From contig JAYTOU010000003.1 of assembly GCA_043747615.1 (NCBI GenBank), positions 96,001 through 160,000 on the forward strand: 64,000 nucleotides of DNA. Reading direction: 5' to 3'. This stretch comes from Myxococcales bacterium (GTDB lineage Bacteria; Myxococcota_A; Polyangia; Polyangiales; Polyangiaceae). A program made the translations under genes and the position numbers. Positions 47,316 to 56,413 of this stretch are shown here, piece by piece; the first letter of the stretch is position 1; every line of letters starts with the position of its first letter. Under the pieces are notes generated by a model. The model searched no databases. It had not been told where the DNA came from and worked only from the letters and a program-made list of their open reading frames with translations.

Positions 47316-49514
47316 CTACGTGGAGACCAGGCGCACCGCGTACCCTCGACCTTTTGCGAGTCCGACGACGAGCGCATCTCCGACGGCGTGCCGCTGCATT
47401 TCGCTCACCGCTGCCGCGATGGCAAACGCTCCCAGCCCTTCGTGCTCACCCGACGCGCGCCCCAGGGGAGCCCGCCGCACGCCCCGCCACGGCGACGCTT
47501 CAATGAGCGCGACAACGCCTTCGTCTTCACGCGCGAGAAAAATACAGGCTTTTGGTCCTGGCGCGCCCAGGCTTCCCAGCGGCAACCGGGTCGGCTCGCG
47601 CCAGATGAGAACCTGCTCCACGCGCGCGATGATCGTGCGACCGGCAGCCTCGACGGTTTCTTCCGCTTCGAAGACCACTGCCGCACCGCCCTCGGCCCGC
47701 GGCCCTCGACCGCTCTCCGGAAGACGCGAGAAGAGTGCGACCAGGCGGCGCTCGACGATCTGACTCGCTTCCTCGACTCCGCCAGCGACGATGGTGTCTG
47801 CTTCGCCGTCTGCGATGAGCTCGATCGCCTGCGCGCACGCGCTCTCTCCGCTGGTCGCGAGATCGGCCGTTGCCAGCACAGGCCCTCGGAGTCCCAGATA
47901 AATCGACACGTGGCCGACCGGTGAGCTCGGCACGAGATTGGGAAAGTCAGCGGGGCTCACCATGCGCGGCCCTTTCTCGAAGAGGCGATGCATGAACGCT
48001 GCAGATGCATCGACGCTGCCGAAAGCGCTCCCGAGAACGGCACCGATGCGGGTGGCCGGTCCGCCCTTTGCGCCCGACTCTTCGAGCGCGCGCTCGACGA
48101 TCACGGCTCCCATGCGGGCAGGACGGTCGAGCCTCCGCGCGAGAGAGACATCGAGCTTCGTCGCGAGATCCAGCGTGACCCGCCGCCCCCCATCGGGCGT
48201 GCTCGGATCGAGCAGAGCGCGGCTCTCCGCTGTACCGCGAAGGCCCGTCGGCGTGAGCGTCGCCGCCGCCGTCACTACCACGCGTCGCGGCACCCAGCCC
48301 TGCTCCGGGCCAAGCTCTGGCTCCGTGAAGACCAGCGCCGTGTCCATGCCTCCGAAGCCGAAGGAGTTCGAGATGGTCGCGCGAACCCGCGCCGCTCTTC
48401 CCTCTCGAAGCACGTGAACGAGCGGACACGCGGGGTCCGCCTCGATGAGCCCCGCGGTCGGAACTATTGCCTGCCGCGCGACTGTGAGCGCCGCGATGCC
48501 CGCTTCGATACCGCCTGCCGCGCCGAGTGTGTGACCGATCTGCCCCTTGGAGCTGGAGACGGGAATGCGCCGGAGCTCGTCACCAAGCGCGAGGGCGAGC
48601 GCCGCGGACTCCATCGGATCGTTTAACGGTGTTCCTGTTCCGTGCGCGTTGACGTAATCGATGTGCGACGCCTGGAGATGCGCGCGTGCAAGAGCGAGCG
48701 AAATCGTTCGCCCGGCGCTCGTTCCGCTCGGCTCCGGATTCGTGATGTGGTGAGCCTCGGAGCCGATGGCCCAGCCGGCGAGCTCGGCGATGGCAAGGGC
48801 ACCACGCGCGCGCGCCGACGACGCTCGCTCGATGACCAGGAAGCCGGCTCCCTCCCCTAGGTTCAGGCCCTTCCGCGATCGATCGAAGGGCTTGCAGGGC
48901 GCGGGATCGATCGCGGCGAGCGCGTTGAACCCGCTCAGCGTCAGTCGACACAGTCCATCGCTTCCGCCGGCGACCACGGCGTCAACTACGCCGGCGCGGA
49001 GCCACTCGGCGGCGACGACTAGGGCGTTGGCGCCACTCGAGCACGCGCTCGATAGCGTGCGGACGCGCGCGAACGGACCCAGCGCCTCGTCGAGGCGATC
49101 TCCCGTCGACGTGAGCGGATGCGAGAGCATCTCGAGGAGCGCTTCGTGCGCGTCAGGATCGGTGTGGAGCTCGGCCAGGCGGGCTTCGGTCTCGAACATT
49201 CCGCCCGTGGTTCCACCGACGACCAGTCCGACCCGGCTTGTTTTTGCATCGAGCTTTGCCTCGGCTAGCGCCTCGCGCGCAGCAGCGAAGGCCATCGCGC
49301 TCGACCGGGACCAGGCGGCAGCGCCCCCTTCGCCCACGTCAGGGATCGTGACCACCTCGACTTGACCACCGAGGTTCGCGCGCTGGTTGGACGTGTCGAA
49401 AAGATCGATCGGACGGATGCCGCGCTCGCCGCGCAGAAGCGCCTTCCAAGTCGTCTCGCGTGTTGCGCCTATCGAGGTGACCAGCCCGACGCCGGTGACG
49501 AAGAGCCTCGTCAA
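47316..49514 (-). CDS. FabF-like beta-ketoacyl synthase fused to a degenerate KS-like (CLF-like) domain
   Basis: 'SSACSSG', 'NAHGTGT', 'KGQIGHTLGAAG', 'NSFGFGG'; second domain 'VSPADFPNLV...DLATSG' lacks Cys/His. Confidence 0.9.
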   Translation of the reverse strand: MTRLFVTGVGLVTSIGATRETTWKALLRGERGIRPIDLFDTSNQRANLGGQVEVVTIPDVGEGGAAAWSRSSAMAFAAAREALAEAKLDAKTSRVGLVVGGTTGGMFETEARLAELHTDPDAHEALLEMLSHPLTSTGDRLDEALGPFARVRTLSSACSSGANALVVAAEWLRAGVVDAVVAGGSDGLCRLTLSGFNALAAIDPAPCKPFDRSRKGLNLGEGAGFLVIERASSARARGALAIAELAGWAIGSEAHHITNPEPSGTSAGRTISLALARAHLQASHIDYVNAHGTGTPLNDPMESAALALALGDELRRIPVSSSKGQIGHTLGAAGGIEAGIAALTVARQAIVPTAGLIEADPACPLVHVLREGRAARVRATISNSFGFGGMDTALVFTEPELGPEQGWVPRRVVVTAAATLTPTGLRGTAESRALLDPSTPDGGRRVTLDLATKLDVSLARRLDRPARMGAVIVERALEESGAKGGPATRIGAVLGSAFGSVDASAAFMHRLFEKGPRMVSPADFPNLVPSSPVGHVSIYLGLRGPVLATADLATSGESACAQAIELIADGEADTIVAGGVEEASQIVERRLVALFSRLPESGRGPRAEGGAAVVFEAEETVEAAGRTIIARVEQVLIWREPTRLPLGSLGAPGPKACIFLAREDEGVVALIEASPWRGVRRAPLGRASGEHEGLGAFAIAAAVSEMQRHAVGDALVVGLAKGRGYAVRLVST

Positions 49515-49519
49515 CGCGC

Positions 49520-49792
49520 TCAGGCTTTCTCGCCCGCTTTTGCCGCGGCCACGAACTCCGCCAGCGACGTCACGGAACGGAAGATCGGGCGTGCCTCGTC
49601 CCCCTCGGGGATGCGAACGCCGAAGTACTCTTCGACGCTCATCGCGAGTTGAAGTGCATCGAGCGAGTCAAGCCCGAGGCCTTCACCAAAGAGCGGCGCT
49701 TCGTCGCCGATGCTCGTTGGGTCTTTGCCTTCGAGGTTCAGCTCACGAACGATCAGCTCTTTTATTTTTAGTTTAAGACCGGTCTCAACCAT
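49520..49792 (-). CDS. Acyl carrier protein
   Basis: 'LFGEGLGLDSLDALQL' phosphopantetheine site. Confidence 0.94.
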   Translation of the reverse strand: MVETGLKLKIKELIVRELNLEGKDPTSIGDEAPLFGEGLGLDSLDALQLAMSVEEYFGVRIPEGDEARPIFRSVTSLAEFVAAAKAGEKA

Positions 49793-49853
49793 CGATGCTC
49801 CGAAGAAAAGCCCCCCGCGCTTTTTGCAAAGTAACGAATGCCATCACTCTCGC

Positions 49854-50051
49854 TCAGACCGGGACTTTTTCCCAGGATTCGATGAGGGGTTTCCTTTTTG
49901 CGGGCGGCGGAGGAGACAGCGTCGGCTGCACCGTCGCCGGAGAAGCGGGCGGCGGTACTGCGCGAGAAGCAAGCGCCGCATCGAGAGTGACCGTGGCGGT
50001 CACCGTTGCGATGAGCCATGGCAAAACAGCCCACGCCGTACGCCTCTCCAT
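49854..50051 (-). CDS. Putative small exported/membrane peptide (65 aa)
   Basis: MERRTAWAVLPWLIATVTATVTLDAALAS signal-like start, Pro-rich tail; same strand as and just upstream of ACP. Confidence 0.4.
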   Translation of the reverse strand: MERRTAWAVLPWLIATVTATVTLDAALASRAVPPPASPATVQPTLSPPPPAKRKPLIESWEKVPV

Positions 50052-50134
50052 TTCCCAATGATAGGGCCTGCGATCCGAATCGCCAGGGGGTCTTTCTGCT
50101 GCGCAAAAAGGAGCGCCTCTGCTACACACGGCGC

Positions 50135-50929
50135 ATGGGTACCCTCGTCAATTACGCGACGTTCAAGGGGGTCGCGGTGCTCACGCTGAACGATCCGCCG
50201 GTCAACGCCTACACGCACGAGATGCTGAAGGAGCTCGACGCGGCCATCCTCGAGGCGCGATTCGACGAGGACGTCCATGTGATCGTGATCACCGGCCACG
50301 GCGACAAATACTTTTCCGCGGGCGCGAACATCAACATGCTTCGCGAGGCGGATGAGTTCTACAAATATTATTTTTGCCTGCATGCGAACGAGACGCTGTG
50401 TCGCCTCGAGCAAACGCCGAAGCTTTGCATCGCGGCGCTCAACGGCCACACCGTCGGCGGAGGGCTGGAAATCGCGCTCGCGTGCGACATGCGGATCGGG
50501 CGCGGAGGGGCGTTCGTCCTCGGCCTTCCCGAAGTGAAGCTCGGCGTCCTTCCGGGCACCGGGGGCACGCAACGCCTGGCGCGGCTCGTCGGAAAAGGTC
50601 GGGCGATCGAGCTGATGTGCGAAGGCGAAAATGTCTCCTTCGAGCACGGCGTCGAGCTCGGCGTCATCAACAAAATTTGGGAGTCGGCTACCCACGAAGA
50701 GTTCATGAAAAAGATCATGGACTACGCGCACGGCTTCACGACGCCGAACAAAGCCGTCCTCGCCGTCGGGCGCATCAAGCGCAGCGTGCAGAGCGGGCTC
50801 GAGATGAGCCTCGAGCAAGGCCTCGCCTTCGAGCGCGAGCTTCAGTCCCAGCTGTTCGCGTCCCACGACGCAAAAGAGGGGCTCGACGCGTACATCGCGA
50901 AGCGCCCCCCTCAGTTCAAAGGCAAGTAG
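50135..50929 (+). CDS. Enoyl-CoA hydratase/isomerase family protein
   Basis: 'FSAGANI', 'GGGLEIALACD', 'LPEVKLGVLPGTGGTQRL'. Confidence 0.93.
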   Translation: MGTLVNYATFKGVAVLTLNDPPVNAYTHEMLKELDAAILEARFDEDVHVIVITGHGDKYFSAGANINMLREADEFYKYYFCLHANETLCRLEQTPKLCIAALNGHTVGGGLEIALACDMRIGRGGAFVLGLPEVKLGVLPGTGGTQRLARLVGKGRAIELMCEGENVSFEHGVELGVINKIWESATHEEFMKKIMDYAHGFTTPNKAVLAVGRIKRSVQSGLEMSLEQGLAFERELQSQLFASHDAKEGLDAYIAKRPPQFKGK

Positions 50930-50938
50930 TCGCGCGGA

Positions 50939-51385
50939 TCAGCTGCCGCCGGGGAGGCAAAAACCGGTCATCGTGTTGCAGCTGGCGCCCTGGATGCAGT
51001 CGCTCGGACTGACGCACGGGAAGGCGCACTTTCCGAACTGCGTGTTGCAGTGGGCAAGACCGCAGCCGCTGTCGTTGGAGCACGGGAGCGCCAGAGGACC
51101 GGGAGTTGCGAGTTGGCCAGGCTGACCCATGGCGGGGGCGCCTTGCTGGGGAGCGCCTTGCTGAGGCGCACCCTGTTGGGGCTGTTGGGGATAGCCACCC
51201 TGCTGCTGCTGTGGGTAGCCGCCCTGCTGCGGGGGAGGAGAGCCCCCTTGCTGCGGGTAACCCTGGCCGTAGCCCGACGACGCCGAACCGGCGGGGTACG
51301 TCGCCGCGGGGGTCTCGTCCTTCTTGCCGCATGCGATCGCCACGATGCACACGGTCACTGCGCTGAGAGTTGCCAACGTTCGCAT
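50939..51385 (-). CDS. Lipoprotein with Q/G/Y/P repeats and Cys-rich C-terminal domain
   Basis: AAGGA SD, lipobox AIAC, QQGGYP/QQGAP repeats, 8 C-terminal Cys. Confidence 0.82.
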   Translation of the reverse strand: MRTLATLSAVTVCIVAIACGKKDETPAATYPAGSASSGYGQGYPQQGGSPPPQQGGYPQQQQGGYPQQPQQGAPQQGAPQQGAPAMGQPGQLATPGPLALPCSNDSGCGLAHCNTQFGKCAFPCVSPSDCIQGASCNTMTGFCLPGGS

Positions 51386-51540
51386 TTAAAGTCCTTCCAA
51401 GGTTGCGTCGACGACGCGGCGCGGCCAGATGATGACACCAAGGAAGTACGTTCCTGGGACTCCGTCGTCAACCTGCTTCAAGCCGGATCAGGCTCGCATC
51501 TCGACCGCTCGTCGGTCTTCCAGTAGAGCCTCACATCGCG

Positions 51541-52185
51541 ATGCGTCTCTGGTTTCACGCGCTGTCCGGAGCGCCGATTCTTGTCGCCGCACTCTTTTCG
51601 GGGTGCACGCGCGGGGAGCCTCCTCAGTTCGACGCGGGCGACGCGGGGTTCACCTCGATCGCGCTGGTGATGCCACCCGCCGTCGTGGACGCGGCTTCCG
51701 AGCGCGGACAAAACCTGACCGTCGATGCCGGCGCGCTTCCGCAGACCCACGACGAACCGACGGCCAGCGGGGAGATCTTCGATACGCGCGCGCGCCTCTT
51801 GTGGGACGCCATCGTGACCGACGACCCAGAGCTCGGGATCCCCTTCTTTTTTCCTGCCGCTGCGTACGAGCAGGTGAAGGCCATTGCTCATCCGCTCGCT
51901 GACTGGCGGCGCCGCCTGGTCGCAAACTTCACGCGCGACATTCACGCACTTCACGCCGAGCTCGGCGCGCATCCGAAAGAAGCGCGGTTCGTGCGCGTCG
52001 AAGTGCCGAGCGGGCGAGCGCGGTGGATCGAGCCCGGCGAGGAAGGAAACAAGCTCGGCTACTATCGTGTCTTCGGGACGAAGCTCCGCTTCGAAGAGGG
52101 AGGCCGCGAGCAAACGTTCGACATGACGTCACTCATCTCGTGGCGCGGCGAGTGGTACGTCGTGCACCTGAGTGGCTTCAAATAG
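51541..52185 (+). CDS. Hypothetical lipoprotein
   Basis: Lipobox FSGC; 'FFFPAAAYEQVK', 'SLISWRGEWYVVHL'. Confidence 0.75.
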   Translation: MRLWFHALSGAPILVAALFSGCTRGEPPQFDAGDAGFTSIALVMPPAVVDAASERGQNLTVDAGALPQTHDEPTASGEIFDTRARLLWDAIVTDDPELGIPFFFPAAAYEQVKAIAHPLADWRRRLVANFTRDIHALHAELGAHPKEARFVRVEVPSGRARWIEPGEEGNKLGYYRVFGTKLRFEEGGREQTFDMTSLISWRGEWYVVHLSGFK

Positions 52186-52209
52186 GCTTCGTCAATGACT
52201 TCCGCGTAG

Positions 52210-52282
52210 TGGGCCGAGCGGGACTTGAACCCGCGACCTACGGATTAAAAGTCCGCAGCTCTACCAACTGAGCTATCAGCCC
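52210..52282 (-). tRNA. tRNA-Lys (anticodon UUU), CCA not encoded
   Basis: Minus strand reads GGGCTGA-TAGCTCAGTTGGTAGAGC-T-GCGGA-CTTTTAA-TCCGT-AGGTC-GCGGG-TTCAAGT-CCCGC-TCGGCCC-A, a full cloverleaf, followed by CTA. Confidence 0.96.
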
Positions 52283-52332
52283 GAAGAATTCCGAGGCCCG
52301 CTTCTGCCACAGTCCGCGCGACACGTCGATAG

Positions 52333-54273
52333 TTAGGGCGACTTGATCCGATCATCGGCCTCTCTCACCGCAGCGAGGTACGACGGAAGCTCGCCCTCGG
52401 AGGGCCGCGGCACGAACACGTGGGCGGTTCGCGCCGGCAAGAGGGCCTCGATCCCCCGCGCGTGGCGGCGAACGTCGTACCTGAATTTGTAGTCGAGATG
52501 GCGCTCGCCCGTAGCATCGCCGAAGTGGACGAGGATTCCCTTGAAACCTGAGTCTCCGGGCCCGGGGAAGTCGCTCGGCTCGCCGCCGACACAGCCGCCA
52601 GGCAAGCGAACTCCGTCTTGCGTAATCTCCAGTCGCACCTCGTACGTCTTGTCTTTTTTAGACGTCGCATCGAGCGTGCACGTCATGGTCGCGTCCTCGT
52701 AGCGAATGACGAATTCGAGGCGCGGCAGTTCGGACGGATTGGAGATCTCGAACGTGCGCACGAGCGCGGCTCCCCGAAAATGGCGGAGATGCGTCACTTG
52801 CGATTGCGGCCCGTGACCGAACTCAGCCTCGGAAGGCAACTCCACTCGGAACGGATCTCGTCCGGGATAAGCCTCGAGCAGCGTGAAGTTACTGCTGCCC
52901 TGATCCACCGCGTAAACGACCGGGCCGCCGGGGTCTGGCGAGTTCATCAGGCTGGGAAAGACGTTGCCCAGCGAGGCGCCATTCGCCGCCGGCAAAAACA
53001 GTACGCCATTTTTTAGATGGGCCGCTTCAATCGGTGCGATCAACTGGCGAGCCACGTTCGTGTGTTTCTGGTTCTCACCGACCATCCACCACAAGACGAG
53101 GCCGCTCGAAATCGCCATCGCCGCAAGCACCGCCGCGCCAAGCTTCGCCTTCGCGCTGAGGAGCCTGTCGAGCTCGAGTGCGCAGAGCAACGTGAGTGGC
53201 GGGAGCAAAGGGACGAAGTAGACGGGCCCCAGGTAGTAAATCGCTCCCCACATCAGGAACATGTAGTGCCCCCAAAAGAAAAAGTAGGCGACGGGGTACG
53301 CCACGAAGAGGAAGGTCACAGCCGTGAAACGTGGCGCAAGCTTCCGCTTTCGTCGGAGCGCCGCGATCACGAATCCAAGAGTCGCTGCGCTACCGAACAC
53401 CATAGTCACGAGCAACGCCGCTGCGATCAGCGTGGCCTGGTTCGACTCCGTCGGGCCGAAGTGCACCGGAGGTGTCGTCGAGACCATGCGTCGCATGCCG
53501 AAACCAAGCGTGTCCAAGGGATCCTGGCTGAAGGAGAATCGCCACGGGCGTCCCATCACGTGCCAGTTGTGAAGCGCAGTCAGCAGGACGAACGGCGCTC
53601 CGCCGATCACCATCCATCCGAACTCGCGCCACTCGCGCCGGAAGCTCGCGAAGACGCAGCACGAGACCAGCAAGCCGTCGAAAGGGCGCGCAAAAAAAGA
53701 CAGCGCGAGCAATGCGCCCCCCGCCAGGTAGTAATTTCTCGAAGACAGGCGCCGAGCGCGCAGCAAACAAACGAGCGCAGCGAGCGCGAGCAAGAGAAAG
53801 CTCAGGTACGAAAGGTACGTCGCGCCGAGAACCAGGAACAATGGTGACAGCAAGAGGAACCCGCTCGCGAGCAGCGCCGCGCGTCTGGGCAGGTGCAGCT
53901 CGAGCCCCAGCAGGTACAGCAGCCAAATATCTGCGCCTGCGATCAACCCGAGAGAGACGCGGAAGCTGCCGAAGAATCCTTTGCCCACCGCGAGAAAGAG
54001 CGCATGTACTGGGGTGTATTTGAACACGAGATGGCCGTTCGCCGGCTCCTGAAACACGACGCTGAAGAACGAGGACAGCGGCTCCATGGGCACCGTCAGA
54101 CGCCCCTTCAGCAGGTTCAGAGCCTGAAAAAGGTAGACCGCTTCATCGCGGTCGTCCGAGAGGTAGGGGAACAGATACGCGGAGCCGAAGACGCCCCAGC
54201 AAAAGGCCACCACGACCAGCGCCGCAACCGCGACGTGACCACGCGAGACCTTAATCCGCACTGCCTGAGCCAC
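52333..54273 (-). CDS. GT-C membrane glycosyltransferase (ArnT/PMT_2-like)
   Basis: 'DEAVY' loop motif, 'KYTP', many TM helices, 'ARP', soluble C-terminal domain. Confidence 0.82.
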   Translation of the reverse strand: MAQAVRIKVSRGHVAVAALVVVAFCWGVFGSAYLFPYLSDDRDEAVYLFQALNLLKGRLTVPMEPLSSFFSVVFQEPANGHLVFKYTPVHALFLAVGKGFFGSFRVSLGLIAGADIWLLYLLGLELHLPRRAALLASGFLLLSPLFLVLGATYLSYLSFLLLALAALVCLLRARRLSSRNYYLAGGALLALSFFARPFDGLLVSCCVFASFRREWREFGWMVIGGAPFVLLTALHNWHVMGRPWRFSFSQDPLDTLGFGMRRMVSTTPPVHFGPTESNQATLIAAALLVTMVFGSAATLGFVIAALRRKRKLAPRFTAVTFLFVAYPVAYFFFWGHYMFLMWGAIYYLGPVYFVPLLPPLTLLCALELDRLLSAKAKLGAAVLAAMAISSGLVLWWMVGENQKHTNVARQLIAPIEAAHLKNGVLFLPAANGASLGNVFPSLMNSPDPGGPVVYAVDQGSSNFTLLEAYPGRDPFRVELPSEAEFGHGPQSQVTHLRHFRGAALVRTFEISNPSELPRLEFVIRYEDATMTCTLDATSKKDKTYEVRLEITQDGVRLPGGCVGGEPSDFPGPGDSGFKGILVHFGDATGERHLDYKFRYDVRRHARGIEALLPARTAHVFVPRPSEGELPSYLAAVREADDRIKSP

Positions 54274-54581
54274 AAATCATCCTAATGTGGCTCGTTTTAG
54301 GACACAAACGAGACGCGCTTCGATGAGTATTCTCGGACGATGACACCGAAGTTCTTCGGCGCAGCTCGTAGCCGACAGCGCGACAGGCAGAACCTTCGCG
54401 CGACTGTCGCAGAGGCCTCGGCGGGCGATTAGACAATCGTAAAGTCCGTGACCGATGCGAGCGGTCAGTCCTTCGCTTCGGACTTGCAGCTTGTGCAAAC
54501 GTGTTTTTTTCGAGCCTGTGGTGACCATCTATTAACTATGGCCAGTGCGTCCAGATGTGAATTTCATGGTCGAGCTGAACG

Positions 54582-55334
54582 TTAGGGCTCGTCGGCGTCG
54601 TCCTCCGCCGGCTTGCGGAGACCCAAGGACTTCCTGAGCGCACGCGCCGCTTGCCGCGATACGTCCACCGTGTGGCCGCGCCTCGTGCGGGCCACGAAGC
54701 CTCCAGATTCTACGGGCTCGAGCCGCGCTACGTGCGCGAGGTTGAGGAGCGCCCGCCGATGCACACGAACGAATCCGTCGCCCGGAAGCCTTTTTTCCAG
54801 CTCTTGCAGCGTGAAATCGGTGAGGTACTCCGCCTCCGTCGTAACGAGCGTGACGAGGACTCCATCGAGGAAGGCGTGCGTGATGTTGTCCGGATCGACG
54901 AGGACGATGCCTTGCTTGGTCGACACGGCGAGGCGCTGAAGTCCCGTCCGTTCCTCCGTCGTTTTCGGCTTGTGAGAGTGGCGCTCCCGCACACGCTCGA
55001 TTGCCTTTCTGAGACGAGAGACCTCGATCGGCTTGAGGAGGTAGTCGACCGCGCCGCCGTCGAAGGCCTTGATCGCGTAGTCGGGATGAGCCGTGCAAAA
55101 GACGACGTCCGGACCGTCCGCCGGAAGAAGCGTCATCGCGTCGATGCCGGTCAGTCCCGGCATGTGGATGTCGAGGAGCACGAGGTCGACGCCGCCCTCC
55201 GCAGCGCGGGTCAGAACGGCCTCGGCGTCGGCGCACTCTCCCACCACGTCGACGTCTTCGATCTCCGCGAGGAGACGAACCAACCGCTTTCGCGCCAGGA
55301 GCTCGTCGTCGGCCACGAGAATGCGCAGGGTCAC
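54582..55334 (-). CDS. LytTR family response regulator
   Basis: REC 'ADDE...LDIHMP...DYLLKP'; LytTR 'FVRVHRRALLNL...VSR'. Confidence 0.95.
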   Translation of the reverse strand: MTLRILVADDELLARKRLVRLLAEIEDVDVVGECADAEAVLTRAAEGGVDLVLLDIHMPGLTGIDAMTLLPADGPDVVFCTAHPDYAIKAFDGGAVDYLLKPIEVSRLRKAIERVRERHSHKPKTTEERTGLQRLAVSTKQGIVLVDPDNITHAFLDGVLVTLVTTEAEYLTDFTLQELEKRLPGDGFVRVHRRALLNLAHVARLEPVESGGFVARTRRGHTVDVSRQAARALRKSLGLRKPAEDDADEP

Positions 55335-56413
55335 GCGGCCACCTCCGGCCCTGAAGCGGGGAGCTCGATCTCGACCACCGTCGTCTCGCCGTCGGCGTGC
55401 ACACGCATCGAAGCCTTCGCGTCGTAGGCGAGGGCGAGGCGGCGCTTCAATGTCGGCAGACCATGGCTCCCTTCGCGCGGCCCGACGTAACGGCCCGGGT
55501 TCTTCAGGGTCACGCGCACCGTGCCTCCATCGCGGATCACGGTGAGGGAAATTTCTCCGCGATGACCCCGCGCGGGCCCGTGTTTTACAGCGTTCTCAGC
55601 GAGCGGAAGGAGGAGCATGGGGGGCACCCGAACCTGCGCGGCGTCGTCGGGCAGACTGCACGTGAGAGTGAACATCGCCGGGTCACGCCGGAGGTGGAGC
55701 GAGAAAAGAGTCTGTACGAGCTCGAGCTCCTTGGCGAGCGGCCACGAGGTCTCGCTGACGCCCACGAGCACCGCGCGGAGGAGCGACGAGAGCTCGAGAA
55801 CAGCGCGCTCGGCGATCTCGCCGTCGGTGCGGCACCACTCCGCGATCGCATTCAAGGTGTTGAAGAGAAAATGCGGATCGAGCTGAGAGCGCAGCGCGAG
55901 GAGCTGGGCGTGCTCCGCCTCGCGAGCGAGCATCGCCGCGCGCTTCTTTTCCTGGTTCAAGCTGGCTTCGAGGCCGATGTCGCGGCCTAGGCCCCAGCCG
56001 CCGACGAGGAAGAGCGCGACGTCGATCGGAAGGCTCGAGCGCGCGGTGAGGAACGTGTCGCCGATGCCTAGCATCCTCGGAATGTAGAGACCGACGGTGA
56101 GCACCACGCCTGCGCCGATCGCCGCGTACAGGATGACACGGATCGCGCCGTGACCGAACTCGAGACCATCGGGGAACAGAACACGCCAGGACACCGGCGC
56201 CACGAGAACGAACGCGGCGCAGAGCGCAACGCCCACCACGCCTGCCTCGGGCGCGCGGCTGTACGAATGCTGCGCAAGAATCAGAGGCAGCGACATCAGC
56301 GCGATCGGCAGAAAGCGCCGCGGTGCGAGCAGCGCGAGGAGAGTCTTCCGGACTATGGAATCATCGCTCACGAAAGCAGGTTTTCTGATCGCCGAGCTAC
56401 TGCGACGCGGCAA
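55331..56413 (-). CDS. LytS/YehU-type sensor histidine kinase
   Basis: TM helices, 'LRSQLDPHFLFNTLN', 'PLAENAVKHG'. Confidence 0.93.
   Translation of the reverse strand: MPRRSSSAIRKPAFVSDDSIVRKTLLALLAPRRFLPIALMSLPLILAQHSYSRAPEAGVVGVALCAAFVLVAPVSWRVLFPDGLEFGHGAIRVILYAAIGAGVVLTVGLYIPRMLGIGDTFLTARSSLPIDVALFLVGGWGLGRDIGLEASLNQEKKRAAMLAREAEHAQLLALRSQLDPHFLFNTLNAIAEWCRTDGEIAERAVLELSSLLRAVLVGVSETSWPLAKELELVQTLFSLHLRRDPAMFTLTCSLPDDAAQVRVPPMLLLPLAENAVKHGPARGHRGEISLTVIRDGGTVRVTLKNPGRYVGPREGSHGLPTLKRRLALAYDAKASMRVHADGETTVVEIELPASGPEVAA

Noticed and set aside
51395..51480. Imperfect long hairpin between divergent genes
   Set aside because: Large unpaired regions and no supporting motif
52190..54580. 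tRNA-Lys as an island integration site
   Set aside because: No integrase and no duplicated tRNA 3' end seen in the window
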